A stretch of DNA of 63,317 bases, counting the filler, from Actinomycetota bacterium (GTDB lineage: Bacteria > Actinomycetota > CADDZG01 > JAHWKV01 > JAOPZY01): assembly GCA_025963875.1 (NCBI GenBank). It is 6 parts of 6 records of this genome, joined end to end, with 100 filler letters (N's around TTAATTAATTAA, not from the genome) between each part and the next. Parts side by side here need not be neighbours in the genome. Positions count along the whole stretch, not along the records: positions 38,114 to 51,397 come from JAOPZY010000096.1; positions 51,498 to 58,128 come from JAOPZY010000069.1; 4 more parts are not named here. One strand, given 5' to 3'. Below are positions 47,199-55,409 of this stretch, one piece after another (the stretch's first letter is position 1; the number at the start of each line of letters is the position of its first letter). A model generated the notes under the pieces. The model searched no databases, had not been told where the DNA came from, and saw only the letters and a list, made by a program, of their open reading frames with translations. A program made the position numbers and the translations under genes.

Positions 47199-48517
47199 CC
47201 CACCAGCTCCCCTTCGAGGTGGTGGGGGGCGGCGGCGGTGATGCGGACCCGGGCGAACATGCCCTCCCGGAGGGCGTCGCAGGGGTTGGGCACGTGGACG
47301 AGCTTGTTGGTGCGGGTGCGGGTGGTCGCCCTGCCGGGCTCCTTGCGGGACGGCCCCTCCACCAGCACCTCCAGCTCGCCCCCCACCTGGTCCTGGTTGC
47401 GCTGCAGCGAGATCCGCTCCTGGGCCGCCAGGAGGCGGTCGAAGCGCTCCTGGACGACGGGCTTGGGGACCTGGTCGGTGCGGACGCCGGCGACCGTCCC
47501 GGGGCGGGGCGAGTACTGGAACGTGTACGCGGCGTCGTAGCCGACCTCCTCGACGAGCGACAGGGTGTCGGCGAAGTCCTCCTCGGTCTCCCCCGGGAAC
47601 CCGACGATGATGTCGGTGGTGATCGCAAGCCCCGGCACGAGGCGGCGGGCCATCCAGATCTTCTCCAGGTAGCGCTCCCGGGAGTAGGACCGCTTCATCT
47701 CCTTCAACAGGCGCGTCGAGCCGGACTGGACCGGCAGGTGCAGGTGCTCGCAGACGACCGAGGACTCGGCCATCGCCCGGGCGACCGGCTCCCGGAAGTC
47801 CTTGGGGTGCGGCGAGGTGAAGCGCACCCGGCTGAGGCCGGGGATGCCGTCGAGGGCCAGCAGCAGGTCGGCGAAGCGCGGCGTGCCGTAGACGTCGCGG
47901 CCGTAGGAGTTGACGTTCTGGCCGAGCAGGCTCACCTCGACGACCCCGTCGCTCACCAGGTCCTTGACCTCCCCCAGGACGTCCCCGATGCGCCGGGATG
48001 CCTCGACCCCCCGGACGCTCGGCACGATGCAGAACGTGCACGAGTTGTTGCACCCGTACTGGATCGCCACCCAGGCGTGGATCTTCGAGCCGCGCCGGGA
48101 GGGCAGCGCGGAGGGAAAGACCTGGAGCGCCTCGGAGAACTCGACGACCGGGATGCCCTGCCGCTCCGCTGCACCGAGCAGGCCGGGGAGGGCCTCGATG
48201 TTGCGGGTCCCGAAGACGACGTCCACCCAGGGGGCTTTCTGGACGACCAGGTCGCGGTCCTTCTCGGCCAGGCAGCCGCCCACGACGACCTGCATCCCCG
48301 GCCGCTCCTGCTTGATCCGCTTCATGGTGCCGAGGTTGCCGTAGAGCCGGTTGTCGGCGTTCTCCCGGATCGCGCACGTGTTGAAGATGACGACGTCCGC
48401 CTGCTCGGCGCTGGGGGCCGGGCGGTAGCCCTGGACCTCCAGCAGGCCGGCCATCCGCTCGGAGTCGTGCTCGTTCATCTGGCACCCGAAGGTGCGGATC
48501 CAGTAGCTCTTGCTCAC
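47195..48517 (-). CDS. miaB: tRNA-2-methylthio-N6-dimethylallyladenosine synthase
   Basis: TFGCQMNEHDSE, NTCAIRE, GCNNSCTFCIVP (radical SAM), HLPVQSGS, TDIIVGFPGET, TRAM domain. Confidence 0.97.
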   Translation of the reverse strand: MSKSYWIRTFGCQMNEHDSERMAGLLEVQGYRPAPSAEQADVVIFNTCAIRENADNRLYGNLGTMKRIKQERPGMQVVVGGCLAEKDRDLVVQKAPWVDVVFGTRNIEALPGLLGAAERQGIPVVEFSEALQVFPSALPSRRGSKIHAWVAIQYGCNNSCTFCIVPSVRGVEASRRIGDVLGEVKDLVSDGVVEVSLLGQNVNSYGRDVYGTPRFADLLLALDGIPGLSRVRFTSPHPKDFREPVARAMAESSVVCEHLHLPVQSGSTRLLKEMKRSYSRERYLEKIWMARRLVPGLAITTDIIVGFPGETEEDFADTLSLVEEVGYDAAYTFQYSPRPGTVAGVRTDQVPKPVVQERFDRLLAAQERISLQRNQDQVGGELEVLVEGPSRKEPGRATTRTRTNKLVHVPNPCDALREGMFARVRITAAAPHHLEGELVG

Positions 48518-48649
48518 GTACCAGATCCTATCCGGGTCCTATCCGGGCGGGGACGCCCACTGAGGTGGGTGCAAAAACCCACCGTATGGGTGGGAAAGTG
48601 GGACCACCCCGCCGCACCCTTGCGGGCCGGGGGGCCAGAGCGTACAAGA

Positions 48650-48949
48650 GTGAGAGTGCTGGAGATCCTCGCGATCGTCTTGGCCCTGTCACCGATGGGA
48701 CTCGTCCTGCTCGCGATCCCACGCCTGGTTGCGTATCACCGAAGGTTCCGTTGGTCCGATCCCGGCATCCAGCCGCAGCTCGGCCCTGGCGGCATCGGCC
48801 GCCGCGGCTGGTGGACGGGCGTACGGGAACCCCGCCGGCCCCGCTCCCCCGCGGGAGCAGGATCGGCGGCGGTGCCACTCCCCGAGCTCTGCGAGGAGGT
48901 CGACGCTACTTGGCGTACTCGACCGCTCGGTGCTCCCGTATCACCATGA
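48650..48949 (+). CDS. small membrane protein with a GVREPRRP Pro/Arg motif
   Basis: N-terminal hydrophobic helix, then TGVREPRRPRSPAGAGSAAVPLPE; fills the miaB-rny gap and overlaps the rny 3' end by 44 nt. Confidence 0.4.
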   Translation: MRVLEILAIVLALSPMGLVLLAIPRLVAYHRRFRWSDPGIQPQLGPGGIGRRGWWTGVREPRRPRSPAGAGSAAVPLPELCEEVDATWRTRPLGAPVSP

Positions 48950-50438
48950 CCTTGATCTGACCGGGGTACTGGAGCTCCTCTTCGATGCGCTTGGCGATGT
49001 CGCGGGCCATGACCTCGGCCCCCAGGTCGTCGACCGACTCCGGCCGCACCATGACCCGGACCTCCCGGCCCGCCTGCATGGCGTAGCACTTCTGCACGCC
49101 GTGGAAGGACTCGGCGATGGCCTCGAGGCGCTGCAGGCGCTTCACGTAGGTCTCGAGCGTCTCCCGGCGGGCGCCGGGCCGGGCGCCGGAGATGGCGTCG
49201 GCGGTCTGGACGATGACCGCCTCGATGGTCCTCGGCTCGACCTCGCCGTGGTGGGCCTCGATGGCATGGATCACCGCCGGCGACTCCTTGAGACGGCGGG
49301 CCAGCTCGGCGCCGATCATGGCGTGCGAGCCCTCGACCTCGTGGGTGATGGCCTTGCCGAGGTCGTGCAGCAGGGTGCAACGCTTGGCGAGGTCGATGTC
49401 GGTGCCCAGCTCCGCGGCGATGACGCCGGCGATGTGGGCGGCCTCGACCAGGTGCTTCAGGATGTTCTGTCCGTACGAGGTCCGGTAGTTCAGCCGGCCC
49501 AGCACCTTCACCATCTCGGGGTGCATGTCCGTGATGCCGACGTCCATCAGGGCCCACTCCCCTGCCTCCCGGATGGCCCGCTCCACCTCGGCCCGGGCCT
49601 TCTCCGCGATCTCCTCGATACGCGACGGCTGGATGCGGCCGTCGCTGATGAGCTTCTCCAACGTGATGCGGGCGACCTCCCGCCGGATCGGGTCGAAGCA
49701 CGACAGGATCACCGACTCCGGGGTGTCGTCGATGATGAGGTTGGTCCCGGTCGCCGCCTCGAAGGCCCGGATGTTGCGGCCCTCCCGGCCGATGATCCGG
49801 CCCTTCATCTCGTCGTTCGGCAGGGTGACCACGGAGATGGCGTTCTCGGAGGTCTCCTCGGACGCCACCCGCTGCATGGCGATGGCCACGATCTTGCGGG
49901 CGCGGCGGTCGGCTTCCTCCCGGGCCTGCCCCTCGATGTCGCGGACCAGGACCATGGCGTCTCGCTTCGCCTCGTCCTGGATCTGGTGGATCAGTGTGTC
50001 CCGAGCCTCCTGGGCGGTCATGCCCGCGAGTCGCTCCAGCTCGGTCTTCTGCTTGACGAGGACCTCCTCCAGCTGGTCCCGCATGCGTTCGGCCTCGGCG
50101 GCCCGGTCGAGCAACGATCGCTCCCGGCCCTCCAGCCTGCGGGACATCTCGTCGAGGGTCTCCTCCTTCTGATTGAGGCGGGTCTCACGACGCGTCACTT
50201 CCGCGGTCCGCGTCTTTACCTCCGCCTCGGCCTCCTGGCGGACCCGGATGGCTTCGTCTTTGGCGTCGACCAAGGCCTGGCTCTTCGCGGCAATCGCGTC
50301 GCGCTCTGCCTCGGCGAGGATCTCCCGAGCACGCACCTCGATGGCGCCCGCTCGGGACTCTGAGATCGACTTACGGACAAGATAGCCAATTCCGACTCCT
50401 ACCAGGAGGCCCAAGATCAACAACACGACCTGGGTCAT
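48906..50438 (-). CDS. rny: ribonuclease Y
   Basis: N-terminal TM, coiled coil, KH domain MKGRIIGREGRNIR, RTSYGQN, LLHDLGK (HD), ADAISGARPGAR. Confidence 0.97.
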   Translation of the reverse strand: MTQVVLLILGLLVGVGIGYLVRKSISESRAGAIEVRAREILAEAERDAIAAKSQALVDAKDEAIRVRQEAEAEVKTRTAEVTRRETRLNQKEETLDEMSRRLEGRERSLLDRAAEAERMRDQLEEVLVKQKTELERLAGMTAQEARDTLIHQIQDEAKRDAMVLVRDIEGQAREEADRRARKIVAIAMQRVASEETSENAISVVTLPNDEMKGRIIGREGRNIRAFEAATGTNLIIDDTPESVILSCFDPIRREVARITLEKLISDGRIQPSRIEEIAEKARAEVERAIREAGEWALMDVGITDMHPEMVKVLGRLNYRTSYGQNILKHLVEAAHIAGVIAAELGTDIDLAKRCTLLHDLGKAITHEVEGSHAMIGAELARRLKESPAVIHAIEAHHGEVEPRTIEAVIVQTADAISGARPGARRETLETYVKRLQRLEAIAESFHGVQKCYAMQAGREVRVMVRPESVDDLGAEVMARDIAKRIEEELQYPGQIKVMVIREHRAVEYAK

Positions 50439-50490
50439 CTGGCTGTACCTCCCTTAATGCACCTGCGAAAGGACTATGAAAAAAGGCAAC

Positions 50491-50513
50491 AAAAAAGCCG
50501 AGCGTCGCTCGGC
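50491..50513 (-). terminator. intrinsic terminator-like hairpin ~50 nt upstream of rny
   Basis: minus strand GCCGAGC-gac-GCTCGGC-TTTTTT. Confidence 0.7.
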
Positions 50514-50737
50514 CGGAAGAACTGTATGCGGGTTTAGGGACTCTTGAGGATCCACTCAAGAGACATTCGGCATGCCTACTCCGATAGGCGGGTTGGGATC
50601 CTCATCATGGCCCGTGGCCTTGGTCTTGTCTGTCTCACAGCGGACTGGGTGTCTGTCCAATTTCGTAACTGTCAGGTGATCAGGCCGTTGCTCCGACGCA
50701 TGCATTTCTTCAAGCCGGCGAAACAATATTAACGTAC

Positions 50738-51334
50738 CTACGGTGCCCTAGGACCCGCTCTCGCAGCCTGATCGTCCGCTTCGTCCGCTGCGAATTCGCC
50801 CAGCAGCCGGCTGCAGGCCTCGTCGATCACCTCCGCCTCGTAGCCCCGGCGAGCCAGGTAGGCACCCAGTTTTCGGCGGATGGCGAGCGGCGGGCCGTGC
50901 AGGGAGGGGAGCCTGAGCGCCCCCGCCGCCACCGCCCCGTCGACGTTGCCCTCGTCCATGAGGATCTCGGCCAGGGCATCGGCGACCAGCTCCCGGGCCA
51001 CGCCTTTGGCCTGGAGGGCGAGCTGCACCTTCGCCGGTGCCTCGTGGCGGCGCAGGACGGCGGACTCCACCGCATTCCGCGTGAACTCCCGGTCGTCCAG
51101 GATCCCGAGATCGAGCAAACGGGCCTCGGCCGCAGCGGCGACGTCCTCCCCGAACCCCTTGGCGACGAGGTGGCGGCGGACCTCCCAGCAGGAACGGGCG
51201 CTGGGCGCCAGGTAGCGCATGGCGGCGTCCGTTGCCTCCGGAAGGTCGCCCGGGACGATCCCGTATCCCCCGTCCGTCTCCAGAGAGACTCCCTCCTTCA
51301 CCCGCTCGTTCCCCGGGGGAGTAGCTCCCCGCAC
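50738..51334 (-). CDS. recX: regulatory protein RecX
   Basis: AMRYL..ARS..EV...L..KG, GILDDREF, L..KGV, YLARRGY; upstream of rny; start uncertain. Confidence 0.85.
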   Translation of the reverse strand: MRGATPPGNERVKEGVSLETDGGYGIVPGDLPEATDAAMRYLAPSARSCWEVRRHLVAKGFGEDVAAAAEARLLDLGILDDREFTRNAVESAVLRRHEAPAKVQLALQAKGVARELVADALAEILMDEGNVDGAVAAGALRLPSLHGPPLAIRRKLGAYLARRGYEAEVIDEACSRLLGEFAADEADDQAARAGPRAP

Positions 51335-51337
51335 CCC

Positions 51338-51397
51338 CTATGGCACCACCGTGAAGACGGGGGCCTTCTCCTCGACCTCCGCCTCCCCCTCGCCCCC
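51338..51397 (-). CDS. acidic C-terminal tail of the upstream gene, probably RecA
   Basis: GGEGEAEVEEKAPVFTVVP-stop abuts recX; identity inferred only from recA-recX synteny. Confidence 0.4.
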   Translation of the reverse strand, partial: GGEGEAEVEEKAPVFTVVP

Positions 51398-51497
51398 NNN
51401 NNNNNNNNNNNNNNNNNNNNNNNNNNNNNNNNNNNNNNNNNTTAATTAATTAANNNNNNNNNNNNNNNNNNNNNNNNNNNNNNNNNNNNNNNNNNNN
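51398..51497. other. artificial contig spacer
   Basis: N44-TTAATTAATTAA-N44. Confidence 0.99.
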
Positions 51498-51644
51498 ATC
51501 ATCCGTTCGCTCACGGAGGCCCACGGCGACAAGATCAAGGCCGCCGTCCGGCTGGGGATCTCCCGGGCGACGATCTACCGGAAGATCCGCACCTTCGGGA
51601 TCATCATCGACCCGGAAACCGGCCACGAGGGGGAAGGCCCCTAG
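51498..51644 (+). CDS. C-terminal Fis-type HTH of a regulator (5' end lost at contig edge)
   Basis: IIRSLTEAHGDKIKAAVRLGISRATIYRKIRTFGI; not in the ORF track. Confidence 0.8.
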   Translation: MIRSLTEAHGDKIKAAVRLGISRATIYRKIRTFGIIIDPETGHEGEGP

Positions 51645-51819
51645 GCTTTCGCTGCGCGTTCTCGGAGGTAAGGAGCACATCGCGTGAATACGCGCGATCT
51701 GCTCCCAACTTCGGGACCAGGGCCCGGGCACCAGGGCTGGCGCAGGGACATGGAGCGCCGCGAGGAGGCCGAAACTTCGGAAACGGAGTGATTCGGGGCC
51801 GCCAACGGGGCCGGATCTG

Positions 51820-52473
51820 CTAGCGGGCCTCGAGGAAACGCAGGACCGCGAGCACGCGGCGGTGGTCGTCCTCGGTCTCCCAGATGTCGAGCTTCGTGAG
51901 GATGCTTCCCACGTGCTTCTCCACGGTTCCGTCGGTGACCCACAGGTGCCGGGCGATGCCTGCGTTGGAGCGTCCCTCCGCCATGAGCGCAAGGACCTCA
52001 CGCTCGCGGGAGGTGAGGGCCCCGAGGGGGTCGTTGACCCGGCGGGCCTCGACGAGCTCCCGGACCAGGGCGGGGTCGACGACTGAGCCTCCCCTGGCAA
52101 TCCGTTCCAGCGCCTCGATGAACTCGTCCACGTTGGTGACCCGGCTCTTCAGGAGGTAGCCAATCCGTTTCCCGCTGGCAAGCAGCTCCATGGCCTGCTC
52201 GACCTCGACGTGCGCCGACAGGACGAGGATTCCGATGTCAGGCAGCTCCTCCCGGATCACCCGCGCCGCCTCGAGACCCTCGTTGCTGTGAGCGGGCGGC
52301 ATCCGGATGTCGACGACAACCAGGTCGGGCTTCGACGCCCGAGCGAGGGAGAGCAGCTCCGGGGCGTCTCCCGCCTGCCCGACCACCTCGAACCCGGAAC
52401 GCTCGAGCAGGCTTGCCAGACCCTCGCGGAGGAGGACATCGTCGTCGGCCAGCGCCACCCGCGAAGCTGTCAC
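51820..52473 (-). CDS. NarL/LuxR-family response regulator
   Basis: ALADDDVLLREGL, VVDIRMPP, GYLLK, LTSREREVLALMAEGRSN..TVEKHV. Confidence 0.93.
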   Translation of the reverse strand: MTASRVALADDDVLLREGLASLLERSGFEVVGQAGDAPELLSLARASKPDLVVVDIRMPPAHSNEGLEAARVIREELPDIGILVLSAHVEVEQAMELLASGKRIGYLLKSRVTNVDEFIEALERIARGGSVVDPALVRELVEARRVNDPLGALTSREREVLALMAEGRSNAGIARHLWVTDGTVEKHVGSILTKLDIWETEDDHRRVLAVLRFLEAR

Positions 52474-52585
52474 GCGGATCCCCTCCCCTCCACTCACTCC
52501 CATCGATCCGGCGCCTTGAGGGGCGCCTCGGGCAGTCGCCATGGATGAGAATAGCGGGGGAAGCAGACGTTTTGCCGAGGGGGCC

Positions 52586-53362
52586 TCAGCCTCCTGCGGC
52601 ATGGAAGAGCCCGCCGATCAAGAAACCGACCCCGGCTGCCCCCAGGCCGATCACCATCATCTTCAGGCCGCTGGTCCGCCAGTCGCCCACGAGGGTCACG
52701 GCGGAGTAGACGCCGACACCGAAGAGCACCAGGGCGCTGAGCACGATCGCCAGGATCAGTGCCGGGGTCCGGGCCAGCACCAGGAACGGCAGCAGCGGGA
52801 TCAGATGACCGATGAGCGTGGCGACGGTGATCACAAAGGAACTCCGGACGATGGCCGGCGTGTCGATGGGCTGAAGGTGCAGCTCCTCGTCCATCATCGT
52901 GGCCAGCCAGCTCTCGCGGTTGGAGACGATGGTGTCGACCACCCGATCGAGGAGGTCTCCCGAGAACCCCTTGGCAGCGTAGATGTCCCGGATCTCCTGG
53001 CGCTCCGCCTCGGGCGTCGTTTCGATCTCCGCCTCCTCCCGCCGCCGTTCGGCCTCGTAGTAGTCACGTTCCGAAACCGTGGAGGTATAGCCGACCGCGC
53101 CCATGGAGATCGACTCCGTGATGGCCGCGGCAAAGCCCGCCGCGAGCAGGACGGTGTTCGATCCCCCGCCGGCGATCACCCCGAGGATGATGCCGAGGAT
53201 ATTGACCAGGCCGTCCTGGCCGCCGAGGATGACGTCTCGCAGGGAGTTCTTCTTGCCGTGGCGCTCGCGATGGCCCGCCATGGCCGCCGCGATGGTGGTC
53301 GTGGTCGCCACGGCCCGGCCCAGGCGGGTTCCCGCAGTCGTGGGGTCTGGATCGGCCTTCAT
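52586..53362 (-). CDS. VIT1/CCC1-family Fe/Mn transporter
   Basis: LRDVILGGQDGLV, ESISMGAVGY, E..EIRDIYAAKGF, MMDEEL; start uncertain. Confidence 0.9.
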   Translation of the reverse strand: MKADPDPTTAGTRLGRAVATTTTIAAAMAGHRERHGKKNSLRDVILGGQDGLVNILGIILGVIAGGGSNTVLLAAGFAAAITESISMGAVGYTSTVSERDYYEAERRREEAEIETTPEAERQEIRDIYAAKGFSGDLLDRVVDTIVSNRESWLATMMDEELHLQPIDTPAIVRSSFVITVATLIGHLIPLLPFLVLARTPALILAIVLSALVLFGVGVYSAVTLVGDWRTSGLKMMVIGLGAAGVGFLIGGLFHAAGG

Positions 53363-53364
53363 CG

Positions 53365-54867
53365 TCACCCTGGGGCAGCGACGGTGGTTTCGACCGCGGG
53401 TACCGGGGGTTCCGCGGGTTCCGCCTCCCGGCGCCGCGGCAATCGGCGACCGATGACCAGCGCCGCCGCTGCCGCTCCGATCAGTGCAAGGCTCGCCTGA
53501 GCCGCGAAGACCCAGTGCAGGGCGGGGATCAGCCCCGGAACCGAGGTTCCGTCCAGGACCAGCCCGTGTCCTCCCAACGCCCCCAGACGGGCCGAGAGCA
53601 GATCCACGAGCACTGCGAGGCCGATCGAGCCACCCAGCTGCTGGGCGGTGGAGGCCATGCCCGACGCCACGCCCTGCCGATCGGCATCGATGCCACTTCC
53701 GGCAACGAGGTAGGCGGTGGTGAAGGCCATCCCCTGGCCGAACCCGGCGATGGCCTCGCCGGCGAGCAGGGTGGGAAGGGAGAGCCTCGCGCCGAGGAAT
53801 TCGTACGCGAGCAGCCCCACTGCCCCGATCACCATCCCCCAGGGAAGGACGCGACCCGCGCCGTAGCGCGTGGCCAGCCGTCCCCCCACCTGGTTGCCGA
53901 CTACGACGAGCAGGGCGAGCGGCAGGAAGCTCACCCCGGCGATGAGCGGGGCCTCGTGCAGCGAAGACTGCAGGTACATCGTGAGGAAGAAGAACTGCAA
54001 TCCGAACGACGCCATGAATGCTGCGGTGACCAGCATCCCGCCCCAGAGCGTGGGCCGGCGAAGCAGTTCGAGTGGCATCAGCGGATTCTTGGAGTGGTCC
54101 TCTATCCAGAGGAAGGCGGCCAGCAGGGCCAGTCCCACGGCGGCGGGGATCAGGGTTCCGGGCGACGTCCACCCGAGCACGGGAGCCTGGACCAGGGCCA
54201 GAACGACCAGCATGGCGCCGGCCGTGACGGTGGTCGCTCCGGGGAGGTCGAAATCGGCCACCCTCGGCCGGGGCGGCCGCCGACCGGGCAGCACCAGGAG
54301 AGCGGCGACGACGAGAACGGCGAGCACGGGCACGTTCACGAAGAACACCCAGCGCCACCCCAGTGCGCTGACAAGGACGCCGCCGAGGAAGGCACCGAAG
54401 GCCAGCCCGCCCGCACCTGCCGCTCCCCAGACGGCAATGGCCCGGTTCCGGGTGGGACCCTCGGGAAACGTCGTCGTGACGAGGGAGAGCGTGGCCGGGA
54501 ACAGGAAGCCCGCGGCAAGGCCCTGGACCGCACGGCCCGCGAGCAACAGGGCGGGCGTCGTGCTCAACCCGCCCACCATGGACGCCACGCCGAACAGCGC
54601 CCCCGATGCGATGAAGACGCGGCGTCGCCCCAGCAGGTCCGACGAGCGTCCTCCGAAGAGCAGGAAGCCCCCGAACAGGAGGGTGTAGGCACTGACGACC
54701 CACTCGACCGCGTCCCGGGAGAAGCCGAGCGATCCTCCGATCGAGGGAAGCGCAATGTTCACGATCGAGTAGTCGAGCGCGAGCACGAGCTGGGCGGTGG
54801 CCAGCACCGCCAGCGCCCCCCGTCGAGGCAGCACAGCCGGGCTTGCAGTCCAATCCCTTCGGGTCAT
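53365..54867 (-). CDS. MFS transporter, DHA2 (EmrB/QacA-like)
   Basis: LDYSIVNIALPSI, GGRSSDLLGRRR, GRAVQG, WRWVFFVNVP, QQLGGSIG. Confidence 0.92.
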   Translation of the reverse strand: MTRRDWTASPAVLPRRGALAVLATAQLVLALDYSIVNIALPSIGGSLGFSRDAVEWVVSAYTLLFGGFLLFGGRSSDLLGRRRVFIASGALFGVASMVGGLSTTPALLLAGRAVQGLAAGFLFPATLSLVTTTFPEGPTRNRAIAVWGAAGAGGLAFGAFLGGVLVSALGWRWVFFVNVPVLAVLVVAALLVLPGRRPPRPRVADFDLPGATTVTAGAMLVVLALVQAPVLGWTSPGTLIPAAVGLALLAAFLWIEDHSKNPLMPLELLRRPTLWGGMLVTAAFMASFGLQFFFLTMYLQSSLHEAPLIAGVSFLPLALLVVVGNQVGGRLATRYGAGRVLPWGMVIGAVGLLAYEFLGARLSLPTLLAGEAIAGFGQGMAFTTAYLVAGSGIDADRQGVASGMASTAQQLGGSIGLAVLVDLLSARLGALGGHGLVLDGTSVPGLIPALHWVFAAQASLALIGAAAAALVIGRRLPRRREAEPAEPPVPAVETTVAAPG

Positions 54868-55032
54868 CGTCGAAGAATAAAGGCGGGATGCACGGGCCCG
54901 CATGGCGGCTAGCCCGAAGGTTCGAGCCCGGCCAGTGCCTACATCGAGTTGGCGGCTGCCATGGATGAACGGCCCTCGCCCATGGGCGATCCTCACTCTG
55001 CCGAACATGGTCGGACGAAGGGAGGCGTTGCG

Positions 55033-55329
55033 GTGGACTGGTTGTTCGTTGTAGTGGCCGCCGGTGCGGCGGGGCTCGGAACCCTCCTTCTGTACGGGTT
55101 GCTGAACGCCCGCCTCCGCAGGCAGTCCCACGAAACCCGCCTGTTTCTCGACTACCTCACGCGGTGCCTGGATGCGCTGACGGCCGAAGAAGAGGTTGCT
55201 GCGGTACCCGTTGCGTGGCCCGCGGCGTTCCCCACCTGGGGAGGCGACATGGAGTGCGGTATCGATGTCGTCAACAGCAATGGCCAGGTGGTCGGAACCG
55301 CACTCGTCCCGGTGCCAGCGCTGAACTGA
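55033..55329 (+). CDS. small hypothetical membrane protein
   Basis: GGAGG upstream of GTG 55033; N-terminal TM helix. Confidence 0.45.
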   Translation: MDWLFVVVAAGAAGLGTLLLYGLLNARLRRQSHETRLFLDYLTRCLDALTAEEEVAAVPVAWPAAFPTWGGDMECGIDVVNSNGQVVGTALVPVPALN

Positions 55330-55409
55330 GGGTCTGATCCAGGCAGGGACCGACCGGCTCCCAGGTTCACTCGACATGAGAGAGGGGCCGGGCGGGTAGG
55401 GGTCTGGAA

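Noticed and set aside
44309..48485. Apparent long N-terminal extensions of dapL, dapF and miaA in the ORF track
   Set aside because: Alternative-frame read-through of upstream genes; true starts overlap the previous stops (GTGA/ATGA).
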